Shown here: positions 52,226-64,000 of the stretch, in pieces
How the letters are laid out: each line of letters starts with the position of its first letter
How positions within the stretch are numbered: position 1 is the stretch's first letter
Program-made: the position numbers and the translations under genes
Source: Lama guanicoe
Lineage: Eukaryota
Assembly (NCBI GenBank): GCA_013239625.1
Contig: MU056277.1
Span: forward strand, 1,962,076-2,026,075
Direction of reading: 5' to 3'
Length of the DNA stretch: 64,000 nucleotides
Notes under the pieces: model-generated
What the model saw: the letters and a program-made list of their open reading frames with translations, nothing else
What the model was told of the DNA's origin: nothing
Database searches by the model: none

Positions 52226-52610
52226 GGTCACTTTTACCTCTGGGGTTTGGTGGAAACCACGTATTCTGACGCGGCTTTACCGAGGAAGGCCTCAGCAGAG
52301 GGAGCCGTTTTCTTATCGCTGAACGAGAAGAGCCTTATGCTGACAAGACAGGGACGGAGCCGAGTTTGTAAAGAACGCAGCTGGGGTTTTGTCCGCTTTG
52401 CCTCTTGTTAACACGCATCCTGACTCGAGGCGGCGCTGCGTCTTCACACAGCGTTTAGCAGAGAGCTGCGCGCTGCTTGGCCACTCGGGGGCGGTCGGGC
52501 CGCTCTTTGCTGTTGACCTGGAAGTGTGACTGTGGGTCTCTGTCCGTCAGTGGCTGCGGCAAATGTGAAATGCAGAGTTAAGTCTCATGGAGCAGCAATG
52601 CCTGGTTTCC

Positions 52611-52765
52611 GGGGGAGGGTCCAGCTCAGCGGTGGAGCGCACGCTGGGCACGCGAAAGGTCCCGGGCTCAATCCCCAGAGCCTCCTCCAGTAATGGACAA
52701 ATACATAAACCCAGTTACCTCCCAACTCAACAAAAAATAAATTTTTAAATTTTTTAAAAATAAAA
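52611..52765 (+). mobile_element. tRNA-Ala-derived SINE, sense orientation
   Basis: GGGGGAGGGTCCAGCTCAGCGGTGGAGCGCACGC...GGCTCAATCCCCAG, then AAACCCAGTTACCTCCC and an A tail. Confidence 0.83.
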
Positions 52766-53320
52766 TGGCATTTTATGGTTCAAAGCTGACATACGTTAAA
52801 GATGGACAAATTTGGAGAGAAAGAAAGGACGCTTAGTCTCCTGGTGTTGGCAGACACGCTGGTTTCAGAAACAGATACTGGAAACTCAGACCTTCTTCAT
52901 AAGGCCCGTGAGGCACTGGCCAAGGACGCCACATCTTTCCTGCTCAGAGGGCGTCCATCCGTCCCTCCCTCCCCCCCTCCTTCGTGCCGGTCAGTGCCAG
53001 GCTTGGGGCTCCCTGATGGACGCCTCACAGTAGAAGACGCTGATCTCCGGGTGTCCTTTGAATTAAGAACCCTCGACCATGTGGAAGCCCTGTGGGCCGG
53101 GCACGTGTGTGTGGCCCTCCGCCCGCCTGGTGTGCCGCCCTCAGCTCTGCCCCTGGTGCCCACAGACCACACATCGGTGCCCGCGGAGCGGACTCAGGTG
53201 TAGCTGTGACAACCGGCCGGGGGTCCTCCAACACGCGCCCGCCCTGACGTTTGTGAGGAAGGTGGGGCCCAGCTCGGTCCTCCGGGGAGCAGAACGGTCA
53301 CCCGCTGTCTTGTGTTTCAG

Positions 53321-53471
53321 ATCCATGAACGTCTTCCTCATCGTGTACCTCTGCATCCTGATCAGCAAAGCGCTGATAAACACTGTCCTGAAGTACGTCT
53401 GGCAGAGCGATCCGTTCCGAGACGAGCCGTGGTACAATCAGAAGACAGAGTCAGAGAGACAGAGGAACCTG
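53321..53471 (+). CDS. ATP11A: ATP11A exon 11 (151 nt): [50 protein letters not shown] (TM3 and exoplasmic loop)
   Basis: tttcag| ... |gtatga, phase 2-0. Confidence 0.97.
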
Positions 53472-54398
53472 GTATGAAAGGTGGCTCCCTTCGGTGGGCC
53501 GCTGGGAGGGAGGCGGGGGCTGCAGCGAAGCCTTGGTATGTGAAGTCTTCATAGGAGACGCAGTCACTGATGGTGGCAGTGTCGCAGCCCCCCGGCTGGG
53601 ACACGGGTCACTCCGCCCCCTGTGGGAGTTTGAATATCCAGGGCTGGAGAGGTGCCGGTTGGTGCTGTAGATCCATAAGGACGCACGTTGAACATCGGTG
53701 CTTCCAGAGCCCAGTGCGGCGGCTCGTCCAGTAGACACGTACTAGTGACCGTGACGTACGTGGTCCCTGCTCACGGTGACACCGGGAGGAGGCAACCCTC
53801 AGTGACGGGAAACTAGTAACAATGAGTTTGTTTTCACTTCTGGGATTTAAGCTCCGTTGCTCGTGTTTGTCAGAAGTGTCTCCCCGAAACCAGCGTGTTA
53901 CGGGGACTCGGTTAACCCTCCCCTGCTGAGAACAGTGGCTCTCTGGCCGGGCCTGCCGCGCCACCCGAGCCATGTGCCGGGCCCGACCTGGGCCCCCTTC
54001 TGCCTGTGTTCAGTCTGGCCCTAGACTAAATGGCTAGAAACAGGGACGGCACTGCTCAGAAAAGTCATCTGTACAGACCCTCGCGTTTGGTCACTTATCA
54101 GAGACTCAGGGGGAACCTGGATTCATCCCAGTGTACAGTGTCCCGGGCTCTGGGCTGGAGAGGCCCCCACCTCCAACAGTGTGACTCACAGGTGACCTGA
54201 CCGCCACCGGCGGCGCTCCTGTCCCCGGTCGACCACGGCGCCCAGATCCGGGGCCGACGAGAAAGCCGGCAGTCAGCGCTGCCCTACGTGGTCTTTATCT
54301 TTGGGTTCAAAGCCGTAGTGTTTAAGAACGGCACCTGTGGTTGGATGGTTTGAAGCCACGCGGCGCCAGCGGGCGGGGCACTCAGCCGCGTCTCTCAG

Positions 54399-54596
54399 TT
54401 CCTCAGGGCCTTCACTGACTTCCTGGCCTTCATGGTGCTCTTCAACTACATCATCCCTGTGTCCATGTACGTCACCGTGGAGATGCAGAAGTTCCTGGGC
54501 TCCTACTTCATCGCCTGGGACGAGGAGATGTTCGACGAAGAGATGGGGGAGGGGCCCCTGGTCAACACCTCGGATCTGAACGAAGAGTTGGGGCAG
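54399..54596 (+). CDS. ATP11A: ATP11A exon 12 (198 nt): [31 protein letters not shown]...[10 protein letters not shown] (TM4, PVSM)
   Basis: tctcag| ... |gtcagc; PISL-equivalent PVSM and LNEELGQ motifs. Confidence 0.98.
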
Positions 54597-55264
54597 GTCA
54601 GCGGGGGGCCCCGAGCAGGAGGCCAGCAAGATGCGCAGCGCAGGACTCACCCGGGGCCCGCGGGTCGCCAACTGCCGGTGGGGGCACCCCACTCCCCCTC
54701 CTCACAATGGCCCCACAGGGTCCAGGGTCCCCATCTTCCTTCAGTTCATCTGAATTCAAGGTGTAAAATTAGGTGTAGTTTTAACACTTTCCACAGTTTT
54801 GTCTGAAATTTGTTTTGTCCTTCAGTTTGTTTGAATTCTGTTTTCCAAACTTTAAGCGATATTGAGAGTTTGGGCCTCCCAGACCTTCGGAATAAGCCCA
54901 TCACACTCACATCCTTGATTTTTTGGTTAAATTGGACCCAGGACCTCCCCAGACCCGCCTAGTCCTTCCGTCAGATGGAAGGCTGGCTCCGCCAGGGGCG
55001 TGTGGCCTTCCTCCTGCTCCCTGTCCGGAGAAGAGCGAAGCCGCCTCCTGTGACAGCAGAGGCCACCCCCCCGCCCCGCCCGGCTCTGTCCCCACGCTCC
55101 GCCACCAGCGCTGGGGGAAGGACCGCCCCGAGTGCTCACAGTCCAGCCTGGGAAGCTGCACTTGGGGTGGGAGCTGTGGGAGTCCGGGTGGTCCAGAGAC
55201 CACGGCTGTCAGGGGTCCGAGGCCCTCTGAGAGGCGGCACCTCCCAGCCGAGCCACGTCCACAG

Positions 55265-55438
55265 GTGGAGTACATCTTCACGGACAAGACCGGCACCCTC
55301 ACCGAAAACAACATGGAGTTCAAGGAGTGCTGCGTGGGGGGCCACGTGTACGTGCCGCACGCCGTCTGCAACGGGCAGGTGCTCCCCGACACCTCAGCCA
55401 TCGACATGATCGATGCCTCCCCGGGCGCCAGCGGGCGG
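55265..55438 (+). CDS. ATP11A: ATP11A exon 13 (174 nt): [23 protein letters not shown]...[12 protein letters not shown] (catalytic Asp codon 55283-55285)
   Basis: ccacag| ... |gtaggt; invariant DKTGT phosphorylation motif. Confidence 0.98.
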
Positions 55439-55664
55439 GTAGGTGGTCGTGCCCTGGCAGTGCCACCCTGCCCCTGGGGCCCAGGTCACGGGGTAGACAG
55501 GGGCACCTCCTGTCCTGGGATCTGGGACACACACGACCCCTTGGTGACTCGTGGGAGGAGGGCTGTCAGGGGCCACATCTGCACAGGCATCTCTGGGTGA
55601 ATCCACTGGTCACATCAGAGCGGATGGTGGGCTGCGTAGAGGGACCCTCCAGACCGCGTGTACT

Positions 55665-55824
55665 CACAGTCACACACACACAGACACGCACACACACACG
55701 CACACACACATACAGACACGCACAGACACGCACGCACACACACAGAGACATGCACGCACACACATACACACACAGGCACACACAGAGACATGCACGCACT
55801 CACACACACACACATACACACACA
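55665..55824. repeat. Imperfect (CA)n microsatellite
   Basis: About 160 bp of CA/CG/GA alternation with a repeated CACACACAGAGACATGCACGCAC subunit. Confidence 0.95.
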
Positions 55825-56394
55825 CCCCGCCGGTGCTGCGGCTCGAGGGCTCACCCCCCCAGGGGGGCAATGACCCTTGTTGGCACTTGGCCAGGAGACT
55901 GTTCCAGAAGCTTCAGTGACCGCAGAGCCCGTGCGGGGCACCTGGGGGCTGAGGGTGGCCTGTCTTGGTGGGCCCTGCGGTGACGGCCTTTGGTGACCAA
56001 GGGCACCTTGTACTTCAGGTGCTTTCAGGACAGAAATGCCTTTTCACCCCCAAGGCTTAGTGGGGAGGGGCAGGTATTCTGTGCCTCGTGGGGCCTTGCG
56101 GCTGCCACAGCTCCGGCACCTGGCACATGAGCTGCCAGCCCCACCCTCCCAGGCCCCCTCAGCCGCGGTCGCACCCCAGGAGCCTGGGAAGGCTTCCGGA
56201 AACCCCAGGGTGCCCTTTTCTTGTGACCTTGAACCCGCCTCCTCCCCAAAGTTCACACCCATCTCCGTCCTGACCGAGGACCGCAGAGCTGGACCTGCTC
56301 CTGCGTGCCCTGCGTCGCTGCCCCACCTCCCGTTTACTTTCCTGTTTTAAGCACGTGTGCCATAGAGACGTGAGTCTCCTGCTGCGTCTTTCAG

Positions 56395-56558
56395 GAGCAG
56401 GAGGAGCTGTTCTTCCGGGCCCTCTGTCTCTGCCACACCGTCCAGGTGAAGGAGGACGACGAGGTGGACGGGCCCAGGAAGTCGCCGGACGCAGGGAGAC
56501 GCAGCGCGTACATCTCTTCCTCTCCTGACGAGGTGGCCCTGGTCGAAGGCGTCCAGAG
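56395..56558 (+). CDS. ATP11A: ATP11A exon 14 (164 nt): [54 protein letters not shown](R) (N domain)
   Basis: tttcag| ... |gtgcgt, phase 0-2; LCHTV and SPDE.ALV motifs. Confidence 0.97.
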
Positions 56559-58140
56559 GTGCGTCCCTGCAGGACTCTGGTCCCAGGCCCCTCCCGCCGG
56601 CCGTGGGCTCCCTTGGAAGCGCCCTGGGTCGGCCCTGCGCCTGCAGCTTCTGCTGAGGGACGGCCGAGCTGGCGCTGCCCTGTGCTCAGGGCCCCGGGCC
56701 CTGCGTTGGCAGCGGTGGGCCCCTCCTGCCATCTTGTCTGGGTGGCTTTCCCCCTAAATCTCTGATCAGAGGCCATTCCGGATAGTCATGGGCTTTTAAA
56801 GATGCACAGTCTTCGAGTCCCTTCATGACGAGTCTTTCTCATCCGTCCCAGGGAACTGACGTCCAGAGACGTCGTGCAGCGTCCCCAGAGTCACACAGCA
56901 CAGAAAGGCTCAGGCTAGGTGCTGGGGTTTTCCCACTGCCGCGTCCCTCGTACCCTCACGTTAACTCCACCTGCTGTCGGCCTCCTCTGAGATATTTTTC
57001 CTGGGAGTTCTTGCAGACATGGGATTTTAAGCAAACATGTGGAAAGGTGCTTTCTTGCAGATCTGTGGCATACTTTCAAGTCGGGAGAACAGCTTCCGCC
57101 CCTGACTTAAGGCTGAAGGCGCAGGATTTACTGTCCAGCACGGGGAGCTAACTGCGCCCCATAGCTCGTAGTGGCCCGTGGTGGGGTCTCATCTGCAGAG
57201 ACCCACATCCCGACGCTGCACACCTGGAAGTAGCGCAGTGTCGCGGCCAGCTGTGCGTCAGTGAGCGGCGCTGAGGTGCTCCGTCAGAGGGTGTCAGGCA
57301 CCTCGCACCTGCCTGGAGCCATGTTTCTGTTGTGAGCCAAGCCGCGTGTTCCTCCCGGGCAGTCTGGACAGTGGTGTCCGGTGTGTGAGTTGTGTCCCTG
57401 CAGACCTTCATCAGAGGCACAAGTTAACACGTACAGAGGTGGGATTTCTTAAAGCAAGGTGTATCTCTTCCGGGAAGCGAGGGCTCAGAAATCAAGGTGC
57501 GCTGGGTCGTGGCACTCGCCCTCCAGGAAGCCTTTCCTTCCGCCTCCAGCCCCCGGGCCGGGCGGACCCCGCCCCCGTTGTGTAAGCTCCTCGGGTCCAG
57601 AAGCCTGCCTCCGGTCCTCCGCCCGGCTTGTGCGCCCGTGTGAGAGCGCTCGCTCGAGCCGGTGGAGGCGGGGGCCTCTCGCGTCAGGGGCCCTGTGGCC
57701 CGTGGCCGGCCCGGGCTGTAGTTCCCTCATCCGTGAAGGGACAGCGTCTGTCCGGGGATCGACAGACTCCCGGAGTCCTTCTGATTCTGACATCGCAGCC
57801 AGACTCTGAACAAGCCCCGCTCAGGAGGTAAACCTGGGTCCGCAGACAGGGACCAGCTTCAGACCTGCTGCGTGAACACCTGGAGTCGGAGGCCTGACCG
57901 TGTGCGTGCGCCGGAGGGTGGGGTGCGTGGAAATCCTGTTGGCTCGTGCGCCGCTTTCGGAGACAGTGAATAAATTCAGTGCGATTAGTTCTTGGCTTCA
58001 CAGTGCAGTTTACAGCCTCTTTTTACTAGAAGCATTTCTTTTTCAGAAGGAAAATGTTCTCAAAGCATAAAGCAGAAGCACTCTGCGAGGGGAACGTCGG
58101 AATTCCACGTTAACCCCCGGATTTGTCTTCTCATTCACAG

Positions 58141-58212
58141 GCTTGGTTTCACGTACCTGCGGCTGAAGGACAATTACATGGAGATCTTGAACAGGGACAA
58201 TGACGTTGAGAG
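58141..58212 (+). CDS. ATP11A: ATP11A exon 15 (72 nt): LGFTYLRLKDNYMEILNRDNDVE(R)
   Basis: tcacag| ... |gtgagg, phase 2-2. Confidence 0.96.
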
Positions 58213-58649
58213 GTGAGGACACCGTGAAGTCGTGATCGCAGCTCACACACCTCACGGGGACCTGCAGTGGAGGCGGGAAGGGTCACCTGTACAGGTTTCT
58301 CCTTGGAGAAAAGGCCAGCTTCCCTGTTCCCGTCTCATAACCCGTCCTCCCTCCTTCTCAGTGACAACCCCGAGAATGTCACCAAAGCTCTCGGAGAGTT
58401 TAAGGATCAGGCGGTCAGAGAAGCCGCTGGACGGTGTTGCACCGTCAGACAGGCTTGGGCTAGGCCACCTGACGTCAGCTTGACTGCAGAGGCTCACGTA
58501 GCTGCTAGAGCGTCCGGACGCCTCCGGGGTCCCGTAGGCACACTGAGCTGTAGCCCGGGAGAGACAGCTGGACGGACATGGGACGTCTCACCTTCCATCG
58601 CGCCGTTTACCCCTTCTCACCCTTGAAACACATTTTAAATCTTTTTCAG

Positions 58650-58723
58650 GTTTGAATTGCTGGAGATCCTGGGCTTTGACTCAGTGAGGAGGAGAATGAG
58701 TGTGATTGTCAGATCCGCTGCAG
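58650..58723 (+). CDS. ATP11A: ATP11A exon 16 (74 nt): FELLEILGFDSVRRRMSVIVRSAA(G)
   Basis: tttcag| ... |gtagac, phase 2-1; FDS.RRRMS nucleotide-binding motif. Not in the ORF track; read directly from sequence. Confidence 0.97.
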
Positions 58724-58830
58724 GTAGACGCCCTCCCCTTCGGCGCCGCGAACGATAACGTTGTGGTTGTGCTTCATTCTGGTGCCTAACCCTGCAGGAG
58801 CCCCAAGGGTTTAGACGTCTTCCCCCCTCT

Positions 58831-59380
58831 TTTTAGACTGAAGTAGAGCTGGCTTGCAGCGCTGTGTTGCTTTCTGGTGGACGGCGTGTGACTCAGTCAC
58901 ACGTCTGCTCTTCCTCACGTTCTCTCCCGTGATGGGTTATCACAAGACGCTGAATGTGGTTCCCTGAGCTGCGCAGCAGGACCCTGCTGTCTGCTTTATA
59001 GATGGTGGTGTGTATCTGCCAGTCCCAGGCTCCCGATTGATCCCTGCCCCCTTTTCCCTTTGGTCACCGTAAGTTTGTTTTCTGTGCCTGTGAGTCTGTT
59101 TCTGTTTTTAAATTGTTCGTGTGTCCTTTTTTTTCATTCCAAAGATAAGTGATGTGTGGTATTTGTCCGTCTGTCCGCCTTACCTCACTTTGACGATCGC
59201 CAGGTCCACCCCTGTTGTCGCGCGTGGCGTGGTTTCATCCTCTCTCATGGCTGAGCAGTGTCGTTGTGCACACGCACCACGGCTTCTCCACCCAGCCCTC
59301 TGTGGTGGACGCCTGGGCTGCTTCCGCGTCCTGGCTGTTGTAAATACTGCTGCTGAGCACACCGGGGCACGTGTCTTTTG
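58831..59380 (-). mobile_element. L1 3' UTR (artiodactyl type), about 550 bp
   Basis: GGTTATCACAAGACGCTGAATGTGGTTCCCTG...TTCCCTTTGGTCACCGTAAGTTTGTTTTCTGTGCCTGTGAGTCTGTTTCTG...TGGCTGTTGTAAATACTGCTGC. Confidence 0.85.
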
Positions 59381-62300
59381 TTCCCTCTTCCAAAGCATAG
59401 ACAGACCCGCTGCAGTCACGCCTCCTCCACCCCCGCCCGCTCCCCTCGAGCCCTGCTCCTCGCCTGCAGCTCTAGGTGCAGCCACGGGGGACGCCCTCCT
59501 GCTCTCGTCAGCCAGGAAGCTGTGGCTCGTCCTCGGCCCTTGCCAGGCTGGAGACGCCCTGCGCGCGGACGCGCCTCTCGGCAGTGCGCGCTGCAGCCCT
59601 GCCACCGGTGCCCGGTGGACACAGCTGGGTTCAGTTCACTTGTCCAGTTTCAGAATGGCACCTGATCAGGACACTCGGGGTCTTACTCCTTTTCGTTTCT
59701 TAAAGCCAGGCTGCATCGGGCTGTGTTTTTCCGTTTGGAAACTTGCCCGGTAAGCAGCCAAACGGAGCCGCCACCCTGACACTGAACAGACTCAGCCCCA
59801 CACGGGGACCCGGGGCGGCTTGGGGAGCACGAGGTCGGCCTGCCCTGAGGCTTGCACTGAGAGGACTCCATTCCAACAGGAAGTGGACAGAGTGAGCCCT
59901 TAACCTGGCCCTTTGCGTCCCTTTTGATGGGGCCGCAGATGCCTCACTCTGGCTTCTCAGCCGGCTGAGGCCACCGTGAGGCCACCGAGGCTCCTCTGCC
60001 CGCGGCGCCGGGGAGTCACCCTGGAAGGAGGTGTGCTCCGTGGGCGGGGCCGTGGGCATCTCTGAGCTGGTTCTCTGAGCCGCTGATGAGGTTATCGGCC
60101 GTGACAGCTCCGCGGATGAGACCTGCTCAAACGAGTGAGTGGAACTCAAAGTGCTTCGTGTCAGTGCCGCTGAGACGCGTGGACGCAGGGATTTGACCGC
60201 TGGGCTCTTAAGGATGTGGAAGCACGCAGCCCAGGTGTTTGCAGATGAGTTCGCCTGTGCCGGCGCTGGCCTGCGCTCTCCTGGGAATTGAAGGCGCCGA
60301 CACATTCGTCCGGGATGAAGGCACCAGGCTTGGAAATTACACCTGCAGTTTTTCTGCTGTGTGGCTTCCCCCGGCAGGTGTGTTCTGTGGGGGCCAACGT
60401 GCTGGGGAGAGTCGGTCAGCCCGCCGTCGGGGGCACGGCCTCCAGGAGCGGTGCCTCAGGCCCCATCTGGCCCCAGCCCGTCCCCAGACCTCCTGAGCTG
60501 CCTCGGACACCGAGCTGGTTCGGGGATGCGCCGTGGACTGTTCGAACACGACTGTGCTCACCAGCAAAGAGGGCGTGGCGAAGGCTTGCACAGGATCTGA
60601 GCCACCCGAAGGACGTGTGTCCATGGCCTTCACACCGTTGGAACAGCCCTTCCTCGCCGCGCCGTCTGCGCCCTCCTAGGGCAGCTCTGAGGGGCTGCGG
60701 GCCGACGGGGCCGAGGCTGGACCATCTGCACCAGCCGCTGCACCAGCTTGTTTCCAGAACGTTGAATGTTTCATCAAACAAGCTGTTCTCTCAGAAGTAG
60801 CTCCTCCTCGGAGCTGACAGCCTGGACGGCGGGGGCGGACATCGGAGCCCAGCGGCCACTTAGCTGCAGGGGTCTGACCGAGGGCTCTGAGGGGCCCGGC
60901 GTCTCCTGTGTGGGTTGGTAACCCTCCCTTGTTGACGACAGGGGAAAAGCAGAGTCCACGGCGGGAGCCAGTGCCGTCTGCGCTTGTGCTTTGCAGGTTG
61001 AATTTTGCCTCGTTCTCTGCATGTTTTTATGTCAGAGGTTCTCCTGGACACGTCCCTCATCTAAAGCGTTTCAGGGGAGGGGCAGGTTGAGGCAGCGGGA
61101 CATTTCAGTCATTCACCAGCCATTTCCATGAGTCACTGTGATTCTTCTAGGAGAAATTATAGCCCAAGAGTGCATCGTTACTCAGAGTTGTCTGGACCAC
61201 ACAACTTGTTCTGAACTGTGCCTGATGACGTACGAGCATAGCCTAGAAGTTACAGCTGGCGGTCGGGCAGGGGCGCTGCCGTCGGGCTGGCTGGTACTCA
61301 ACCTGAGAGGGGCCCGGGCTCCCCTGGGATGGGCTCCCTGCTCCTGCAGATCCTGCTCAGCTCAGCACGCCGGCCGCACCCCCACTCCCCTCCCAGCGCG
61401 GCCCCGGGTCTGCTGCGGGTCCTGCGTGCTTCCCAGCCGTGGGCTGGCGTTGCCCTGGGTTAACTGCAGGACTCGGGTGTGTCACGGAGGGTAGTTCTCT
61501 CTGGGACCAAGGACAACGCCAGTGTGCCTCCTGATGCCGCCGCCAAGTTCCCAGGCCCTCGTCCGGGCTCCCTGTGTGGGCCGGCAGGTCTGGGCTCACC
61601 AACTGTCGCCCACCAGCGCGCCCCCTCCCCACGGCCCCTCCGGGCACCCTCGCCCGGGAGCCGGCTACAGTGGAACAGTCCCGGCTCCTCCTGGTCCCCC
61701 TGGTTTGCTGCCTGAGGGCCGCCAGCGCCCAGGGTCTCCAGGGGGTGGTGATTTCTGTCTGAAGACAGATTAGGAAGAGACTCTGGGTCCCTCTGGCCCT
61801 GCAGCTGCCGGCAGGCGCATAACGCTGCTTCCACGAGTCACATGCCAACCCCGCAGCCGGCCAGATGCCCTGTGGTTTGCCGGCGGGAAGGCTCTTCGCA
61901 GGAGAGGAGGAGCCCAGGGCGTCGGCGCAGGTCCCTGCAGCCTCTTCATCCCCGTTCCGTCAGAGCCTAGATTTTCCAGACTCACCGGGAAGGAAGCCGA
62001 CTCCCCTTGAGCGGGGAGCGCGCACGTAGCCCTAACGCGTGTGAGGCGCAGAAATCGCAGGACGGATGCTTCCCGTCAGCTCCTGTGAACGCAGAGGACA
62101 ACCCGATGTTCCCGCCCGGCGTCTCAGCAGATCCTTTCCTGGTTTGGGGTCGGTCGGCCAGGCCCTCTGTGTCCTCACCCCTCCCTGGTCCTGCAGCCTC
62201 ACTCGCATCCTTGCTGGAGAGAAGGCAGAAGTGACAGGGTGACAGGAGGAGGGGCGCCGGGAGCCAGTTCCTGACGTTCCCTCGAGGTTCGGGGCTCGTC

Positions 62301-62496
62301 GGAGCGAGGCTCTGGGGTGACCCGTAGGTGTGATGTTTCCGACTTTGCGTGTTGACTGCTCTGTTGGCGTCTCCCTCATAACGGTCTCAGCACTGATACC
62401 TTGGTTTTTGTTCTTTAACGAAAGCATAATTTGAAAAATAATTCATTCTCCCCCAGAGTGTGATTACATTAAACTCTTTTCCCCCTTGTTTTTTAG

Positions 62497-62600
62497 GAGA
62501 AATTTATCTGTTTTGCAAAGGAGCAGATTCTTCAATATTTCCCCGAGTGATAGAAGGCAAAGTGGAGCAGATCCGATCGCGAGTGGAGCACAACGCGGTG
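62497..62600 (+). CDS. ATP11A: ATP11A exon 17 (104 nt): EIYLFCKGADSSIFPRVIEGKVEQIRSRVEHNAV
   Basis: ttttag| ... |gtgagc, phase 1-0; CKGAD motif. Confidence 0.97.
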
Positions 62601-62829
62601 GTGAGCGCGGCCGGGCGGCCTGGGGCCCTTCTTCCTCGCGGGGAGGGACGCTTCTGCCGGGCGGGCGGGCGTCAGGACGGGCGCCGCCTTCCTTGGACAT
62701 TTGGCTTGTTCCCGTCCTGCTGTGGGAGCTGGGTTGCCGTTGGGGCTCCAGGGTCAGGATGACAAGCACCTCGTGGGATGGCCTTTGCCCTGAGGGTTCC
62801 TGGTGACCGGCGCTCGCCCTTTACGCCGT

Positions 62830-64000
62830 GACTCCACCTGCTTGGTTTCCTTCTCGCGCTTCGTTCTGAAGCGCGCGCTCGGTCTGTCCCGGGTGCATCG
62901 TGTTCCTGCATCACCAGAGCTTCATGCCACTGCGTGGCTGAATCGCATTCCGTCGTGTGGACACTGTGTGTGTGCCACGCGGTTGTCCACCCTCGTTGAG
63001 GGACTCGGGCCGTGTCCACCTTTGGCCACTGGGAGTGACGCCCGTGCGCAGGTGCGCCTGTGTCCGAGTCCCTGACTTCCTTCGATCGTGTGCTGAGGAG
63101 TGGGACGGCTGGGTCACCTGGTGATTCTAACATGTGTAGCTTTTCCAGGAGATGCCGGGCTGTTCTGTGGTGCCAGGCCGCAGTGGCTGCACCGTCCCCC
63201 AGCGGTGCACGAGGGTTTCAGTTTCTCTGCACCCTCACCGACACCTGCTGTTCCCCATTTGTGTTGTGACGGCCACCCTAGTAGGTGTGAGGCGGCACCT
63301 CGTGGGTGGTGGTGGCGTTTCCCTGATGACCGAGGACGCTGAGCAGCCTTCCCTGCGCACACTGACCGTTTGTGCATCTTCCCCGCAGGGGTGTTTGGTC
63401 GAGCTTTTTGCACAATTTGTAAATCAGGGTTTTTTCCTTGTTGAATTGTAGGAGCTCTTTATAGACTGTGAATGCCAACACCGCATCAGATGTGTGATTT
63501 GCCCCATTTCCTCCCAGGCCGTAGGCTGCGCCGACGCTGCAGATCGCCCTGGGTCGTGCTGTCCCGGGAGTATGAGGTCTCGCAGGCCTGCACACAGCAC
63601 GCCTGTCCGCTGGCTTGGGTCTTCTGTGCTTTCTTTCAGCAGAGTGTTGCCATTTTCGGTCTGCAGGTCTTCACCTCCCTGGTTTAATTCGTGCTTGGCT
63701 GCTCTATTCTTTTTGGTGCCTTTGTGAGTGGAATTGTTTTCTTACCTTCCTTTTTGGATGGTTCAGTTAGTGTATAGGAACACAGCCATGTCTGTGTTGA
63801 CCTGCCGTTCTGCGCGGCGTGGCTTCACACACAGTCTCCTGTACTGAACGCAGCCGTTCGTTCCAGCCGTGTGCGTGTGCGTGCGCGCGTGTGGTGTACC
63901 TGGAGTCGTCAGGGTTTCTACGTATAAGGTCGTGTCACCTGTGAGCAGAGGTGACTTCGTTTCTTCCTTTCTGCTTTGGACACCTTTGTTGTTCTTGCCT
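62830..64000 (-). mobile_element. L1M fragment (3' UTR and ORF2), runs off the window
   Basis: GTGGCTGAATCGCATTCC...GAGGGTTTCAGTTTCTCTGCACCCTCACCGACAC...TTGTTGAATTGTAGGAGCTCTTTATA...TATAAGGTCGTGTCACCTGTGAGCAGAG. Confidence 0.85.

Noticed and set aside
55327-55983. His/Thr- and Cys/Val-rich ORFs
   Set aside because: Translations of the (CA)n microsatellite.

Overview
Mammalian genomic DNA, GC- and CpG-rich, covering part of the P4-ATPase phospholipid flippase gene ATP11A on the + strand. Positions 1-37806 are the 3' part of the large first intron (exon 1 lies outside the window). Sixteen coding exons follow (exons 2-17, 37807-62600). All have AG/GT boundaries and compatible phases, and they splice to 1770 nt / 590 codons (about residues 14-603, human numbering). 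The gene continues past the window. tRNA-Ala-derived SINEs suggest a camelid. The introns hold an antisense ERV1-type solo LTR, L1/L2/MIR remnants, short tandem duplications and two N gaps. Nearly all other ORFs in the track are GC-content artefacts. I found no convincing new biological system. The most interesting observations are an optimal DEVD|G caspase-3/7 site in the N domain, a pervasive AT-to-GC substitution bias in both repeats and protein, inverted SINEs around the in-frame exon 9-10 cassette, and the solo LTR. Comparisons with human ATP11A and with repeat consensuses are from memory and need alignment to confirm.
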